Positions 50,356 to 61,434 of a DNA stretch of 64,000 nt are shown here, one piece after another. Both the position numbers and the translations under genes were made by a program. This stretch comes from a virus (lineage: Duplodnaviria > Caudoviricetes). Below the pieces are notes generated by a model. That model did no database searches. It had not been told where the DNA came from and worked only from the letters and a program-made list of their open reading frames with translations. The stretch's first letter is position 1. Every line of letters starts with the position of its first letter. The DNA lies in the IMG/VR virus record IMGVR_UViG_3300013947_000021, positions 157,228 through 221,227 of that record, one strand, 5' to 3'.

Positions 50356-50678
50356 TCTTCATTTTTATCCAAAGGATTCTTTCCCAATGGCCTTTCATTT
50401 TTAAGTTGTTCTAGAAGTTTGCCTCTAATGAATATTAAAGATGCTCTGGTATATGGAATATATCCGCCCTGCCATCTAATCATCTTAACTTGATATCCAC
50501 AATTCTTACAAACTCCTATACATTTAATTTCAGTATCTTCTGATATAGGATCACCATCATCTGTTAAATCCATAACTGTAACCTCACTATCTACTACAGT
50601 TAATGGAGATGAACATTTATGACAGCATCCTGGTCCATGATATATAAATGGATTAATTTCTATTTCCTTTTTTCCCAT
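50352..50678 (-). CDS. Zinc-ribbon protein
   Basis: CHKC...CKNC; resembles 49286-49588. Confidence 0.7.
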   Translation of the reverse strand: MGKKEIEINPFIYHGPGCCHKCSSPLTVVDSEVTVMDLTDDGDPISEDTEIKCIGVCKNCGYQVKMIRWQGGYIPYTRASLIFIRGKLLEQLKNERPLGKNPLDKNEE

Positions 50679-50679
50679 T

Positions 50680-50901
50680 TTATATCGCCTCCGGTTCTGT
50701 ATATCTCATAGTTTCAACTTCTCCTTCTGCTACTAACTTTGCATCAGGATATCTTGAACTATCTTTAGATGTCAGTTCAGTGAATGGTTTTTTAACACCA
50801 TTCACTATAACATGGCCTACTATAAAATTTCTACCTCTCTTCTTTTCTAACTCTACTCTAAGCTTAAGTTGTTCAGAAGAATAATAAAAATATTTATACA
50901 T
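50680..50901 (-). CDS. Small hypothetical protein
   Basis: 73 aa, GGAGGAG RBS, tightly coupled to neighbours. Confidence 0.7.
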   Translation of the reverse strand: MYKYFYYSSEQLKLRVELEKKRGRNFIVGHVIVNGVKKPFTELTSKDSSRYPDAKLVAEGEVETMRYTEPEAI

Positions 50902-52702
50902 TGCTTATCTCCTCCAAGCTTACAATTTCACCTTCATCAGCATTAATTACAGGTTTAATGATAGATTGCATTGTAGCAATAACTTCATTAGCAACTGCAA
51001 TTTGATCAGAATAATCTTTACCTGTAAGTTTGGAATCAAATACCATAGCATCTCGAATATTAATAGTTTTCTTATAGCTTTCCATAGCTTCAAAGAATTC
51101 TTTATCCCAAGTATTTGGTTCTTGATAATCTTCAAAGAATCCTCCTTCATATATAGGAGCATAAGGACAAATAGTTCCAGTAATACCCGGATTACCATCT
51201 GATGATGAATCAAGATCTACTTTACCAATGTGAGATGGATAAATAGATCTATAAATTTCAGGAATAGAGTTATTAGAACCTTCACCTAATCCTGCTATTC
51301 CTTTATAAGTGAATTTAAGAGCTTGCATAGCATCCATATCAGATACCATATTTCTGTAAGAAACCATTCTAGATGTCGATATTGCATTAAGCAAATAACT
51401 AGGATCAGTTCTTATAGCTTTCTTTATACTTGCTATACTAGCTTTTTTATTCATATCAGAAACTCTATATATACCTTTTACTATCTTAAAAGCATAGAGA
51501 GAAGCTATATATTCTGCGAATCTAATTCTCTTATAATTGATATCAAGATTATCTTTAAGTCTAAGAGCATTAAATTCTCTCATTATCCATCTGAAAATAT
51601 GATAAGTTGTTGCTTTATCTTCTTCAGGAAGTCTGATAGATTTACGTGTAGATATATCATATATAGATTCAAAAGAACTTAAAATACTATATCCTTTTTC
51701 AAGAGGATCTGCTATAGTATCTCCATCTTCTGGATTATAAAACTGATATATTTTTTCATTACAATGAGAACCAAATTCTGCACCAAGGCTTCTAACCCAA
51801 TATTTATCATCGAATATAATTTCATATGGAAGTCCAGGAACTATATTCTTATAAAGGGTTAATACCAAAGTCTGTATAATTGGATTCTTATCAAGTAATA
51901 CCTTAGGACTACTAATATATACTCCTTCAGAAGGACTTATTGTATACATATTTTCATCCTTAGGATCATAGTCAGAAAGATATATAGCACCATTTAATTC
52001 AAGGAAATTAAGAGTGCCATAATATCCAAATTTTGCGAGAATATACTTAACTGCAGAAATACCTTTATTAAATATTCTCGAATGATAATAAGTTAATTTA
52101 AGATTCTCTCCTGCAGTTGTAGTAATACTATTATCAAAATATCTAGTGACTCTAGCTGCCATAAATACTATCTTAAATGTAATTGATGGTACCTTTGCAT
52201 TAGAAGTTCCATTATTATAAGTAGAACCATCTACTATCTGGAATAAAGTGGATCTCATAATACCATTAATCTTAAAATAATATTTCTCAACTATTCTAGG
52301 AATTGCTATAAGAACATCAAAATATTCTTCACTAGGGTTCTCTTCAGTTCCACGAGAATCCTTAGCATAATAAGTTACTATAAGAAGTCTTATAGCAGAT
52401 TCTTTAATATTGATATAATCATACTGATTATCACGTTTCTTCTTCTTATTCTTATTTTTATTCATATCCTCATAATAAGAATAAAGAATAGAATTTATTT
52501 CATCATAATTGTCTACAACTCTATATGAATGTACTTTTATTGTGAAATAAGGATTTTCTCTTTCACAAGAATAAATTACATTCATAAGTTCTGTTACAAT
52601 TTCATCTTCATTTCTCTGAAAGAATATCGGATTGAAATGTTCTCTACTATCTTTTATATACTGAGATATTGCTTCTCTTGGATTAGTAGGATTATTCATC
52701 AT
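50894..52702 (-). CDS. rpoB: RNA polymerase beta N-terminal half (probably non-virion RNAP)
   Basis: IP..YFKING..FQIV and RSIYPSHIGKVD..SSDGNPG fork-region motifs; start near 52702 from RBS. Confidence 0.88.
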   Translation of the reverse strand: MMNNPTNPREAISQYIKDSREHFNPIFFQRNEDEIVTELMNVIYSCERENPYFTIKVHSYRVVDNYDEINSILYSYYEDMNKNKNKKKKRDNQYDYINIKESAIRLLIVTYYAKDSRGTEENPSEEYFDVLIAIPRIVEKYYFKINGIMRSTLFQIVDGSTYNNGTSNAKVPSITFKIVFMAARVTRYFDNSITTTAGENLKLTYYHSRIFNKGISAVKYILAKFGYYGTLNFLELNGAIYLSDYDPKDENMYTISPSEGVYISSPKVLLDKNPIIQTLVLTLYKNIVPGLPYEIIFDDKYWVRSLGAEFGSHCNEKIYQFYNPEDGDTIADPLEKGYSILSSFESIYDISTRKSIRLPEEDKATTYHIFRWIMREFNALRLKDNLDINYKRIRFAEYIASLYAFKIVKGIYRVSDMNKKASIASIKKAIRTDPSYLLNAISTSRMVSYRNMVSDMDAMQALKFTYKGIAGLGEGSNNSIPEIYRSIYPSHIGKVDLDSSSDGNPGITGTICPYAPIYEGGFFEDYQEPNTWDKEFFEAMESYKKTINIRDAMVFDSKLTGKDYSDQIAVANEVIATMQSIIKPVINADEGEIVSLEEISNV

Positions 52703-53336
52703 CACTTTCTCCTCCATCTCCATAAGAACCTGTAAGTTCTGCAGATATACTCGTCCCAATTGGATTAGGAACATCTGGTGCATTATCTTCAAGAATTAAG
52801 GTTGCCTTAATATCAAGGGCATTACATATATCTTTAAGCTTTCTAAATGTAATGCTACCTTTTCCAAGGAGTCTCTTATCATTATTATAATTAACTCCAA
52901 ATCTTTCACCATATTTATCAAGATCTATATGTTTAGATATAATAGCTTCTTTAATTGCCTTCATTTCAGGATCATCATTTGCTCCTACTTTTGGTACAAA
53001 TAAATTATCTATTGTAGTCAATATAGATCTTTCTTCAGAAGCTAATTTCTGTTGACTTTGTATAATCTCTTTTAAATTACTAGCTTCTCTAAAATTTATA
53101 ATATTCTGCTCACTATACATAGACCTTTCTGAACCCTGAGGCTGAACATAAATATTCATGCCGCCAGTCATATAAACACCAGGTCTATTATCAAACCTAT
53201 TTCTTACTGGATAAATATATCCATCATTATTTCTTACAGCAGTATACTGGCCAAATAATTCAGGATGTTCCATCAATTCTTTTTCGGTGGTGACATCATA
53301 TATAGCATCACCTATTTTAGCTTTTTCTAATGACAT
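52692..53336 (-). CDS. Hypothetical protein with possible C-terminal HTH
   Basis: ITFRKLKDICNALD is XRE-like; RBS before ATG 53336. Confidence 0.6.
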   Translation of the reverse strand: MSLEKAKIGDAIYDVTTEKELMEHPELFGQYTAVRNNDGYIYPVRNRFDNRPGVYMTGGMNIYVQPQGSERSMYSEQNIINFREASNLKEIIQSQQKLASEERSILTTIDNLFVPKVGANDDPEMKAIKEAIISKHIDLDKYGERFGVNYNNDKRLLGKGSITFRKLKDICNALDIKATLILEDNAPDVPNPIGTSISAELTGSYGDGGESDDE

Positions 53337-53413
53337 TTTTATCCCTTTCTTATATATCAATATAAAAATAAAAGAGGTGGGTTTTTTCCCACCTCTTTTT
53401 TACTTTGAAATTA

Positions 53414-54019
53414 TCAAAGGCCCTTATCGTTCTTAATAATCTGCTTAATATACTCACCAGGAGTAATTGTATATATCTTTGTATCTCCATCTACAGATAC
53501 TCCTGCAGTAAATACAGATCTGAGAGTTACCTGAAGCTCTTCATCAGGAGATGCATTCTTATCGAGGAACTTCTTAAGAACATCGATAAGAGTACCAAGC
53601 ATCTGATCAGTATGCTCAAGTGTTACGAATCTACCATAAAGAATAGATTCAGCTTCATGGTCACAGCATGTAATAAAGAGATCAGAATGATTATCAATCT
53701 CCTTATCAGCATCCTTAAGATCATCTTCATTAAATGTAAACGAGAGGAACCAGTTACCCTTATCCTCCTCATCTTCATCCGGCTCAATGAATTCAAGAGC
53801 TGCTCCAAAGATAAATTCACCCTTAGTATTCTTATACTTAAATGCAATCTTCTTATAGCTCTTATCTTCAGACAGCTTCAGTACATCTGCTATTGTACTG
53901 AAAAATATACGATACATATCTGCGGTTCTAGATTCGACCCACATGAAATTAAAGTTGTCATGGAGCTCGATGCTATAGTTTGCTGCAATGCTCGTGTTTT
54001 CAAAGTTAAATTCTTTCAT
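53414..54019 (-). CDS. Abundant acidic probable early protein
   Basis: High-expression codons, GATATTAT at 54097-54104, leader hairpin, own terminator near 53370-53400. Confidence 0.7.
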   Translation of the reverse strand: MKEFNFENTSIAANYSIELHDNFNFMWVESRTADMYRIFFSTIADVLKLSEDKSYKKIAFKYKNTKGEFIFGAALEFIEPDEDEEDKGNWFLSFTFNEDDLKDADKEIDNHSDLFITCCDHEAESILYGRFVTLEHTDQMLGTLIDVLKKFLDKNASPDEELQVTLRSVFTAGVSVDGDTKIYTITPGEYIKQIIKNDKGL

Positions 54020-54137
54020 GATAAATTTCTCCTTAAATATAATAATATTATTTTTAAGAGTCTTAATCATATTGATTAAGACTCTTTTACACAAATATAA
54101 TATCTACTTATCTAAACGTTTAGTTTAGATTAAAATT

Positions 54138-56435
54138 TTACAAATATTTATCTGGATTTGCTTTAAATGAAGCCATATCTACAATAATTGCTTCAGGACG
54201 TATTTTAGAAGTTTTGGAACTACTAAATCCTATATATGGTACTACCAATATATCAGTTGTTCTAGTAACTCCTGCATCTCCTCTAGCATCACATCCTTTA
54301 CTATCAAGATATGACTGAAGTTCTTCATCTGGTCTACAACCAGTAAATCTTATTACCTTTCCAGTATCAATTGTTCCATATGATTGAATTATATTATTCA
54401 TATTAGATATGAATAATAAATCTTCTTTAAGATCATTTCTTTCAGAAACAATTGTATTAGCTATTACATTTCCAATTCCATGAATAGCTCTTAATTTCTC
54501 ATAAAGTATTTCATCTGTATCTCTTATAATTTCTTTTAGAGTTATACACTTTAAAATCTTTTTCCAAGTCTCAATTGCTATTCCTGTAAACCCAATACTT
54601 CCAATAAGCTTATAATCTTGAATAGGTGTATTCTTTATTACATTTATTCTTTCTATAAGAGCTTCAGAAGTTTTAGGACCAAGAAATTCAAGATCTTTAA
54701 TTGTATAATTCATTAATTCACTAAATGATGAAGTCTTTAACGTTCTAAAAGTTTCTTCTCCAAAATCTTTTAGATTTAATTTATCCATCATATTAGCCAT
54801 TTTAGATATTAATCTCTCAGGGCATTTCTTATTTGGGCATATTACAGATTTTCCTGATTCATTTATAATCAATTCAGTTCCACAATATGGACAAACTTTT
54901 GGAAATTCTTCTGGAGGATTTGGATTATGAAGATTATTATTTGTATACAGCTTGCTTACATATGGCATTACATCATTTGTATATTCAATCTGTACTACAT
55001 CTCCAATTGCTAATCCTAAATCCATAAACCGTTTATAAGAATGACCACTAGATTTTGTATGAATGGTTCCATAAAATTCTACTGGAGTATAATGAATCAT
55101 TGGGGTTACAATTCCGTCTTGTCCAATGGTATACGTATATCCAGTAAATATAGCTTCTCTTACTAAAGGATTAAATTTGATTGCTATACTATATTTATTT
55201 ATAGAATTTTCTCTTCCAAGAGCTTTAATAATCTTTGGATCTGTATAAGAAATTACTACTCCATCGTACATAAATGGAAGTATATTTCTCATAGCTTGAG
55301 CTTCTTGTACAAATTTATATACTTGGAATAATACTTGTGTATAGGTTCCTCTAAGAATTGCATACTTAAGATATATTCCAGAATTATAATATTTATTAAG
55401 AAACTCTATTTCTGTTATTCTATCAATATCATCAATAGAAGTTGCTAATGGAACAAGGGTTATAAGATCTCTATAATCATATGCATCAGAAGATCCTAAT
55501 AATCCTATTATTCCATTTCGTGAATTTTTATATGCTTTACCTCTTAATCTTGACATTTTATCGAGATTATTATAGGTCATAATAGCCTCAAATTTCATAC
55601 CAAAAGATTTATCTATAGGTTTAGCATATGGGAATTTATATCCACCAAGAATATCTGTAAGATCTGCTGCTATATCTTCATTAGCATCTCCTCTACTTCT
55701 TGCTGATATAATATGATCAGTTACATCTGCTTCTACAGATACACCATCATACTTTAATTCTGCTACCATTTCAAATGGAGTTGTCATATCAATGAGTCCC
55801 ATCTGTAAATGTTTTCCAAGAAAATCTCTTTCAAAAACTTTTACATTTTCATCATTAAATACTCCACGATCAATAGCTTCTTTATCCAAAGTAAATTTAC
55901 ACTTATCAAGTGAGCCAACTAACTTTGGATATTTATGAGGAATATTTATATTACGTTTCGATATAGTTTTTCCACTTGAAATAAATTCTTTATCTATATA
56001 AAGATTAGGGTCTATTGGTGGACTTTTTATTATATCATCATAATACAAACTATCATTAACAAATTTATCAATATCTGGAGTATCTATAAATACCATAGGA
56101 TCTTTCATATCCTGATTGGTTACAAGTTCTCCATTTTGATTAAATTCAATTACTGGTGCTCCTATTTGAAAATTCTCATTATATTTTTTATATTTTTCAA
56201 GCAAAAGATCATAAACACCATCATCAAGAAATAATACAGATTTGTCTGTATTATTATAAACTATCTGACTTATAGAAATTATAATACTTGCATTGGCTAC
56301 ATCAAAATTATCTAATGTATCTTTTGCTAATATCTTCATAGTTTCATCAGAAACTAATTTAATATTAGTTGCATTTAATACACTTAAATCACCAGACATT
56401 AGTCTTTGTAAAATATTATTTAATATTTCTTGCAT
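54138..56435 (-). CDS. ligA: NAD-dependent DNA ligase
   Basis: ELKYDG, SRGD, DGVV, AIKF, CPYC..CPN..C zinc finger, HhH and BRCT. Confidence 0.95.
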   Translation of the reverse strand: MQEILNNILQRLMSGDLSVLNATNIKLVSDETMKILAKDTLDNFDVANASIIISISQIVYNNTDKSVLFLDDGVYDLLLEKYKKYNENFQIGAPVIEFNQNGELVTNQDMKDPMVFIDTPDIDKFVNDSLYYDDIIKSPPIDPNLYIDKEFISSGKTISKRNINIPHKYPKLVGSLDKCKFTLDKEAIDRGVFNDENVKVFERDFLGKHLQMGLIDMTTPFEMVAELKYDGVSVEADVTDHIISARSRGDANEDIAADLTDILGGYKFPYAKPIDKSFGMKFEAIMTYNNLDKMSRLRGKAYKNSRNGIIGLLGSSDAYDYRDLITLVPLATSIDDIDRITEIEFLNKYYNSGIYLKYAILRGTYTQVLFQVYKFVQEAQAMRNILPFMYDGVVISYTDPKIIKALGRENSINKYSIAIKFNPLVREAIFTGYTYTIGQDGIVTPMIHYTPVEFYGTIHTKSSGHSYKRFMDLGLAIGDVVQIEYTNDVMPYVSKLYTNNNLHNPNPPEEFPKVCPYCGTELIINESGKSVICPNKKCPERLISKMANMMDKLNLKDFGEETFRTLKTSSFSELMNYTIKDLEFLGPKTSEALIERINVIKNTPIQDYKLIGSIGFTGIAIETWKKILKCITLKEIIRDTDEILYEKLRAIHGIGNVIANTIVSERNDLKEDLLFISNMNNIIQSYGTIDTGKVIRFTGCRPDEELQSYLDSKGCDARGDAGVTRTTDILVVPYIGFSSSKTSKIRPEAIIVDMASFKANPDKYL

Positions 56436-56497
56436 AAAATTATTCCCTTCAATAAATTAATAGAGATAGGATGTTATTCCTATCTCTATTATAATAT

Positions 56498-58681
56498 TTA
56501 TTTGAAAAACTTCATCGGATAAATTACTATTGGATGCTTCATATCCCTTTCTTTAATATGCCGTGCAGCTTCTTCTCTCCAATCCAATTTCTCATTCTTA
56601 TCAAAGAATGTAAATGGGCTAATGAGTTTATCTTCTGGCGGTCTATTAAATACCATAGGATAGATTTCCATTGATACAGCTTTCTTTTTAGGATGCCTTG
56701 TAAATATTAACTTTAGACCCATAGATTTTAGATATGCATTAAGAATTTCAACATTTCTATTCTTAGATTCCATATCAAGTTTAATATCTATATTGAATGG
56801 GTCATCTGTTAATAGTGCTTCAGTTAATCGTCTTGCATGAGGAGATGTAGAATAAATCATAAGCATCTGTACAACAAGTTCTGCACCAAGATGAATAAGA
56901 TTTCCTGTCTCCATATTACCGAATCTAATCGGTGTCCTAGCAAAAATTGATTTATAGTTATTGCTACTCTTACTCTTACTATTTTCATTTCTGACATTAG
57001 TAGCAGAAAGAGAAGTAACACTAAACTTTTCCTCGGCATACTGCTTAAGCCTATAAATATATTGATATCCATATACCATAGGTCTTCTGGAACAAGCATA
57101 ACGTATTTTTCCATTAGAACCTACAACAGGCATATACATATATTCTGGCTTAATCCAAGGAAATGTTTTATAAAGTTGATCTACCTTATCAATAGTCATA
57201 TTCTCAGACATTGGCTCTATTGCAAGATAGAAAGATTTCTCATTACCCATAAGCATATGCATATATTGGATACAATCAAAGTCACTATGACTTTCAAAGA
57301 AATCCAGTGAATATTCATACATACTGGGTGATACTATCTTAAGAAAATCTAGATACATTCTAATACAATCGCTTATGTCAAAAACGTTCATATTAAAATA
57401 TTCTATAAGTTTCATTGAGATATAGCTTACAGTTATTTCAAATAACTGACCTGCATTTTCTCGTCCATAGACACCACACATATTAAGTATGACATCTACA
57501 ACTTCTCCAGATTCAGTTCTAGGCATTTCATCATCAGGTTTTATCTTTGCAGTAATTCCTTTGCCTCCATACCTATTACTAAGTTTATCTCCTTGAGCTA
57601 CATTTATTTCTTCAACAAGTGTAATCTCAAGTACAATATTTGAGAATGCTCTTTCAGAATAATATTGTTTTCCATTAAGAGTATTCTGTGCTATAGAATA
57701 GAGTCTCTGAAGATCATAGTCCATCTTATATCCAGTATTTACAAATGGAGAAAGAATTTCAACTATCTCTTCGCACATTCTCATATTCTCTTTATAATAT
57801 TTATTGATCTGTGCATTATATGCATATTCCTCAAGTTTCTGAGGAGCATTACAATAAACATCAATATCTACCACTCTACCAGCTACAGTATATCTTTCAT
57901 CAGAGATCGATAATTCTCTAAGTCTAGCATAAGACTGGCTGTATAAAGATTCTTCTCGCTTCTCTCTTCTTAATCCACAAAGAATACTATCTTTAACCTT
58001 TTCTCCTATATCAGGGAAGATTTTATAGATATTATTATCTCCATAAAGATTAAGAGGAATATCGTTATCATTAATAACGATAGAAACTTTCTTTACAAGA
58101 GGAGATGCTAATTTCTTTGAAGCTGATTCAGAAATTACTATAGCATCTTCCATAGTCTTCTCACAAGCAGAATACATTGTAAGAAGATTCTTTCCATCCA
58201 TTCGATTATCAAATTCATCAAAAGCCATAGACTTCTGAATTATTGTTCCTTCTGGAATACGTTCTCCAACCATAAGACTATCTATTTTATTATTATCAAA
58301 TAAATAGCCATAGTTTTCAGTTACATGTTTATATTCTTTTCGTTCAAATACATGAATATTATCATCAGTATCAATAGTAAATACATAAAATTGATGCTTG
58401 GGATCATAGGAAAATTTAGGTACAATGCCTATAACTTCCATATCCCTGTCTACATCAATAAATGATGATGAATTTCGTCCAAATTCCATTTCATATCCAG
58501 TTTGGATATATGGAACATCTGGTTTCATTAGTGGTAATCTATGTTCAAGCTGCGTACCAAACATAAGTTTTCTTGAACCAGAGTTAGATGCATTAAATGG
58601 CATCTGTAGTCCCTTGCCAAGAATGTGATCAATATTATCTACTTTCACATTCTCAACTTGATTCAAAATATTAAGTGACAT
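56498..58681 (-). CDS. rpoB: RNA polymerase beta C-terminal half (probably non-virion RNAP)
   Basis: EDAIVIS, GDKLSNRYGGKG, DVILN..GRENAGQ, YIYRLKQ, RFGNMET. Confidence 0.92.
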   Translation of the reverse strand: MSLNILNQVENVKVDNIDHILGKGLQMPFNASNSGSRKLMFGTQLEHRLPLMKPDVPYIQTGYEMEFGRNSSSFIDVDRDMEVIGIVPKFSYDPKHQFYVFTIDTDDNIHVFERKEYKHVTENYGYLFDNNKIDSLMVGERIPEGTIIQKSMAFDEFDNRMDGKNLLTMYSACEKTMEDAIVISESASKKLASPLVKKVSIVINDNDIPLNLYGDNNIYKIFPDIGEKVKDSILCGLRREKREESLYSQSYARLRELSISDERYTVAGRVVDIDVYCNAPQKLEEYAYNAQINKYYKENMRMCEEIVEILSPFVNTGYKMDYDLQRLYSIAQNTLNGKQYYSERAFSNIVLEITLVEEINVAQGDKLSNRYGGKGITAKIKPDDEMPRTESGEVVDVILNMCGVYGRENAGQLFEITVSYISMKLIEYFNMNVFDISDCIRMYLDFLKIVSPSMYEYSLDFFESHSDFDCIQYMHMLMGNEKSFYLAIEPMSENMTIDKVDQLYKTFPWIKPEYMYMPVVGSNGKIRYACSRRPMVYGYQYIYRLKQYAEEKFSVTSLSATNVRNENSKSKSSNNYKSIFARTPIRFGNMETGNLIHLGAELVVQMLMIYSTSPHARRLTEALLTDDPFNIDIKLDMESKNRNVEILNAYLKSMGLKLIFTRHPKKKAVSMEIYPMVFNRPPEDKLISPFTFFDKNEKLDWREEAARHIKERDMKHPIVIYPMKFFK

Positions 58682-58752
58682 ATTATTTCTCCTTTATATA
58701 AAAATAATTCTGATGGAGTATATCCATCAGAATTATAATATCTCTTTAATAT

Positions 58753-60003
58753 TTAATTTGACAAACAAGGGTTAAGTTTGTTAAGAATGCTTCTACTTAC
58801 ATTAAATTCAGACTGTACTTGTTGTTCATCTTCTATATCATATTGATCAAGATCTTCTTTAAGATATTTAAGTGCTTCATTAATAAACACTTCTCTAAAT
58901 TCTTCATCGCTATTAAGCTTTTCTTTAAAGTTTTTCTGAGCAAACTTAAGATCACTTCTATCTCCAAAATAAAGATATGCTCCTGCTCCATTTACTCTCT
59001 TTGCATTCTTAAGCTCAAGGAATAATGAAAGATCTGCATCAAATCCTTCAGCCTGATTAAATACCATAGTACAAGATTTACCAGCTCTATTATTTCTAGA
59101 TTTTACAAGAGTAATATCAACAAGATTTCCAGGAATACCAAATGCTTCATCTTCCTTAAGTTTTGTATTATCATCAAATCTAAGAAGAAGATTTGTAAGA
59201 TATATAATTGTATTACCGCCAGGAAGAGATTCATCCTGCTTAAGATAAGAAAGCTGTGCTTTAGATCTCTGCATAGGATTAATATCTATCTTCTTATTAA
59301 TATGATTAATCATAAGAAGAATAATATTAGCAGATTTAAGCATAGGAATTATTCTCTTAAAACTCATAGAGTTTACTTTAGCTGCTGCTGTAGCAGACAT
59401 TGAACCAGAAAGTTCCTCTTCTTCTGTATACTGTTCAGGCATAAGAAGTGCAACTGAATCGAGAATATATACAGTAGGTTCAAGTTTAAATATTCTTTCT
59501 CCATGAGCATCAAATAATCCAGTATCATATTCGTATGCTTCACGATTATTAAGTTTCATATCATGAATCATACGAATTCTTTCGTAAAAGTTTTCTGCAG
59601 TAATACCAGTATTTCTAGAAATATATCTATTCTTTAAATCATCTCCATGGAATCCAGAAAGGAGTTCTTTTCTATATTCAGTAAGACCTCCTTCAATATC
59701 ATCATGGAAAATACAAGCATTAGGAAAATCTCTTATAATATTAGATGCTGCCTGAATTGCAAAAGTGGTTTTACCGCATCCAGAACGACCAATAAGCATT
59801 ACAAGGCATCCATCTTGAATACCTACAGAATAATATTTTGTATGTCTTACATCAGAATTAACGTGTACAACAGTTCCATTCATAAAATCAAAGTTAAGAA
59901 ATCCAGTAGAATATCCTACACTAGATGTGGATTCTTCCTTCATTCTAGTATCCTTATGCTTAGAAACTGCTTCTCTAAATAAACTCGAAAGTAATCCTGC
60001 CAT
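58753..60003 (-). CDS. uvsX: UvsX/RecA recombinase
   Basis: STGFLNFD, GRSGCGKTT, ILDSVA, INH, PGG, KSR. Confidence 0.9.
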   Translation of the reverse strand: MAGLLSSLFREAVSKHKDTRMKEESTSSVGYSTGFLNFDFMNGTVVHVNSDVRHTKYYSVGIQDGCLVMLIGRSGCGKTTFAIQAASNIIRDFPNACIFHDDIEGGLTEYRKELLSGFHGDDLKNRYISRNTGITAENFYERIRMIHDMKLNNREAYEYDTGLFDAHGERIFKLEPTVYILDSVALLMPEQYTEEEELSGSMSATAAAKVNSMSFKRIIPMLKSANIILLMINHINKKIDINPMQRSKAQLSYLKQDESLPGGNTIIYLTNLLLRFDDNTKLKEDEAFGIPGNLVDITLVKSRNNRAGKSCTMVFNQAEGFDADLSLFLELKNAKRVNGAGAYLYFGDRSDLKFAQKNFKEKLNSDEEFREVFINEALKYLKEDLDQYDIEDEQQVQSEFNVSRSILNKLNPCLSN

Positions 60004-60037
60004 TATAATTTCTCCCTTAAATATATTTTATTATATA

Positions 60038-60529
60038 TTACTTCTCTGCTTCCCAATCATCATCAGATATAATATTATTTTCAGTAGAAGTATCATATTT
60101 TACATCATCAGATGTAGATGTTTTTATATTCTTAATACTAGTTATCCATTCAAGAATCTTACTAGCATTTTCTTCACGCTGAATATTCTTTTGTGCTTCT
60201 ATCATAAAATTAAGAAGATTTGCAAATACTGCTGCAGAATTTGGATAGAGTTCCATAAACTTCTTATATTTATCTGCAACTTTTTCTATAGTAATATCAT
60301 CTTCATAATGAGTATAAAGATTTTCAGTATTCTTAATAATACTGGAATCAGATTCCATATAATTAAGTAATTCATTAAAGATATCTACTTCTTCAGGATG
60401 CTCTTTTGCTTTATCAATAAATTTGCTAAGATCTTCATTCATCTGAGGAATTTCAAAAGATGCAATTATATTAAATGCATCCGGATTGCTTTCATTTCGG
60501 GTAATTGAAGGTGTGAATTCATATTTCAT
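60038..60529 (-). CDS. Hypothetical protein
   Basis: 163 aa, RBS, promoter 60555-60567. Confidence 0.65.
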   Translation of the reverse strand: MKYEFTPSITRNESNPDAFNIIASFEIPQMNEDLSKFIDKAKEHPEEVDIFNELLNYMESDSSIIKNTENLYTHYEDDITIEKVADKYKKFMELYPNSAAVFANLLNFMIEAQKNIQREENASKILEWITSIKNIKTSTSDDVKYDTSTENNIISDDDWEAEK

Positions 60530-60627
60530 GATTAAGTTCTCCTTTGATATTTTATTATGAATAAGTTAAAAAACATGTAATTTTGAAAAAAAAATAAATA
60601 GGGAGAATAATATATTCTCCCTATAAA

Positions 60628-61434
60628 TTATGGAACCATTAAATTATTTTTATTCATATCTTCAACAATATTTAATACTTTAGAATAATCATTACTGATA
60701 GATCTAAGATTAAATCTTGTTTTAGGTTTACCTTTTTCTATCCACATTTTACTATATTTAGTAAGCACTAATTCGATTTTATCTTCAGGCATATTGTTAA
60801 GAATAATAAGAACAGCATTACTTACAGATCCATAAATTTCTGTAAATGAATCTCCAAAATCATCCTGTTCAGTTTCATCATATGTCTCGAACATTGTGCC
60901 TAAGAAAAGATCTGTAATAGAGTCAAATAGTTTTTCATAAATCCAAACTATTTTTTGTTCATCCATTATACAAGGATCTCTAAAATATATAGAGAAATTT
61001 AATCTCTTTACATTAGTAATTTCATTCTTTGAAGAGAATCTACAAAGAGCTAAATTACAAGCTGTATTTTGATCAAGTCCAATAGACTTAAGTTTTTCTA
61101 TATAATTATTATTAATTATATTAGACATATCCAAGTATTGCTGTTTAATTATAGCATCAGGATTTTCTGAAGTAAAATAATCATATGCTATTTTATTGCA
61201 CATTAGTCTTGTAGAATATTCAAGAGGTATGCTTCTAATAGCTTTGATAAAAGGTACAATAAATCTTATATCTCTAAGCATATTAGAATATTTTGTTTCA
61301 TTCTCAAGTATGTCATTAGAGATGGTTCCAATATTAGTTTTAATAGTATTAATTAAAGTTTCTTCATTCATGTAAGGGTAATTAAATAATTGATTGATCG
61401 AAAAATTATTTGCATAATTTGTAAGAGGAAACAA
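60628..61434 (-). CDS. Hypothetical protein
   Basis: Probable TTG start at 61434 after AAGGAGG. Confidence 0.65.
   Translation of the reverse strand: MFPLTNYANNFSINQLFNYPYMNEETLINTIKTNIGTISNDILENETKYSNMLRDIRFIVPFIKAIRSIPLEYSTRLMCNKIAYDYFTSENPDAIIKQQYLDMSNIINNNYIEKLKSIGLDQNTACNLALCRFSSKNEITNVKRLNFSIYFRDPCIMDEQKIVWIYEKLFDSITDLFLGTMFETYDETEQDDFGDSFTEIYGSVSNAVLIILNNMPEDKIELVLTKYSKMWIEKGKPKTRFNLRSISNDYSKVLNIVEDMNKNNLMVP

Noticed and set aside
53414-54019. HU/IHF-like assignment from the C-terminal TPGEYIKQIIK
   Set aside because: Similarity is too short and the protein is acidic; left as hypothetical
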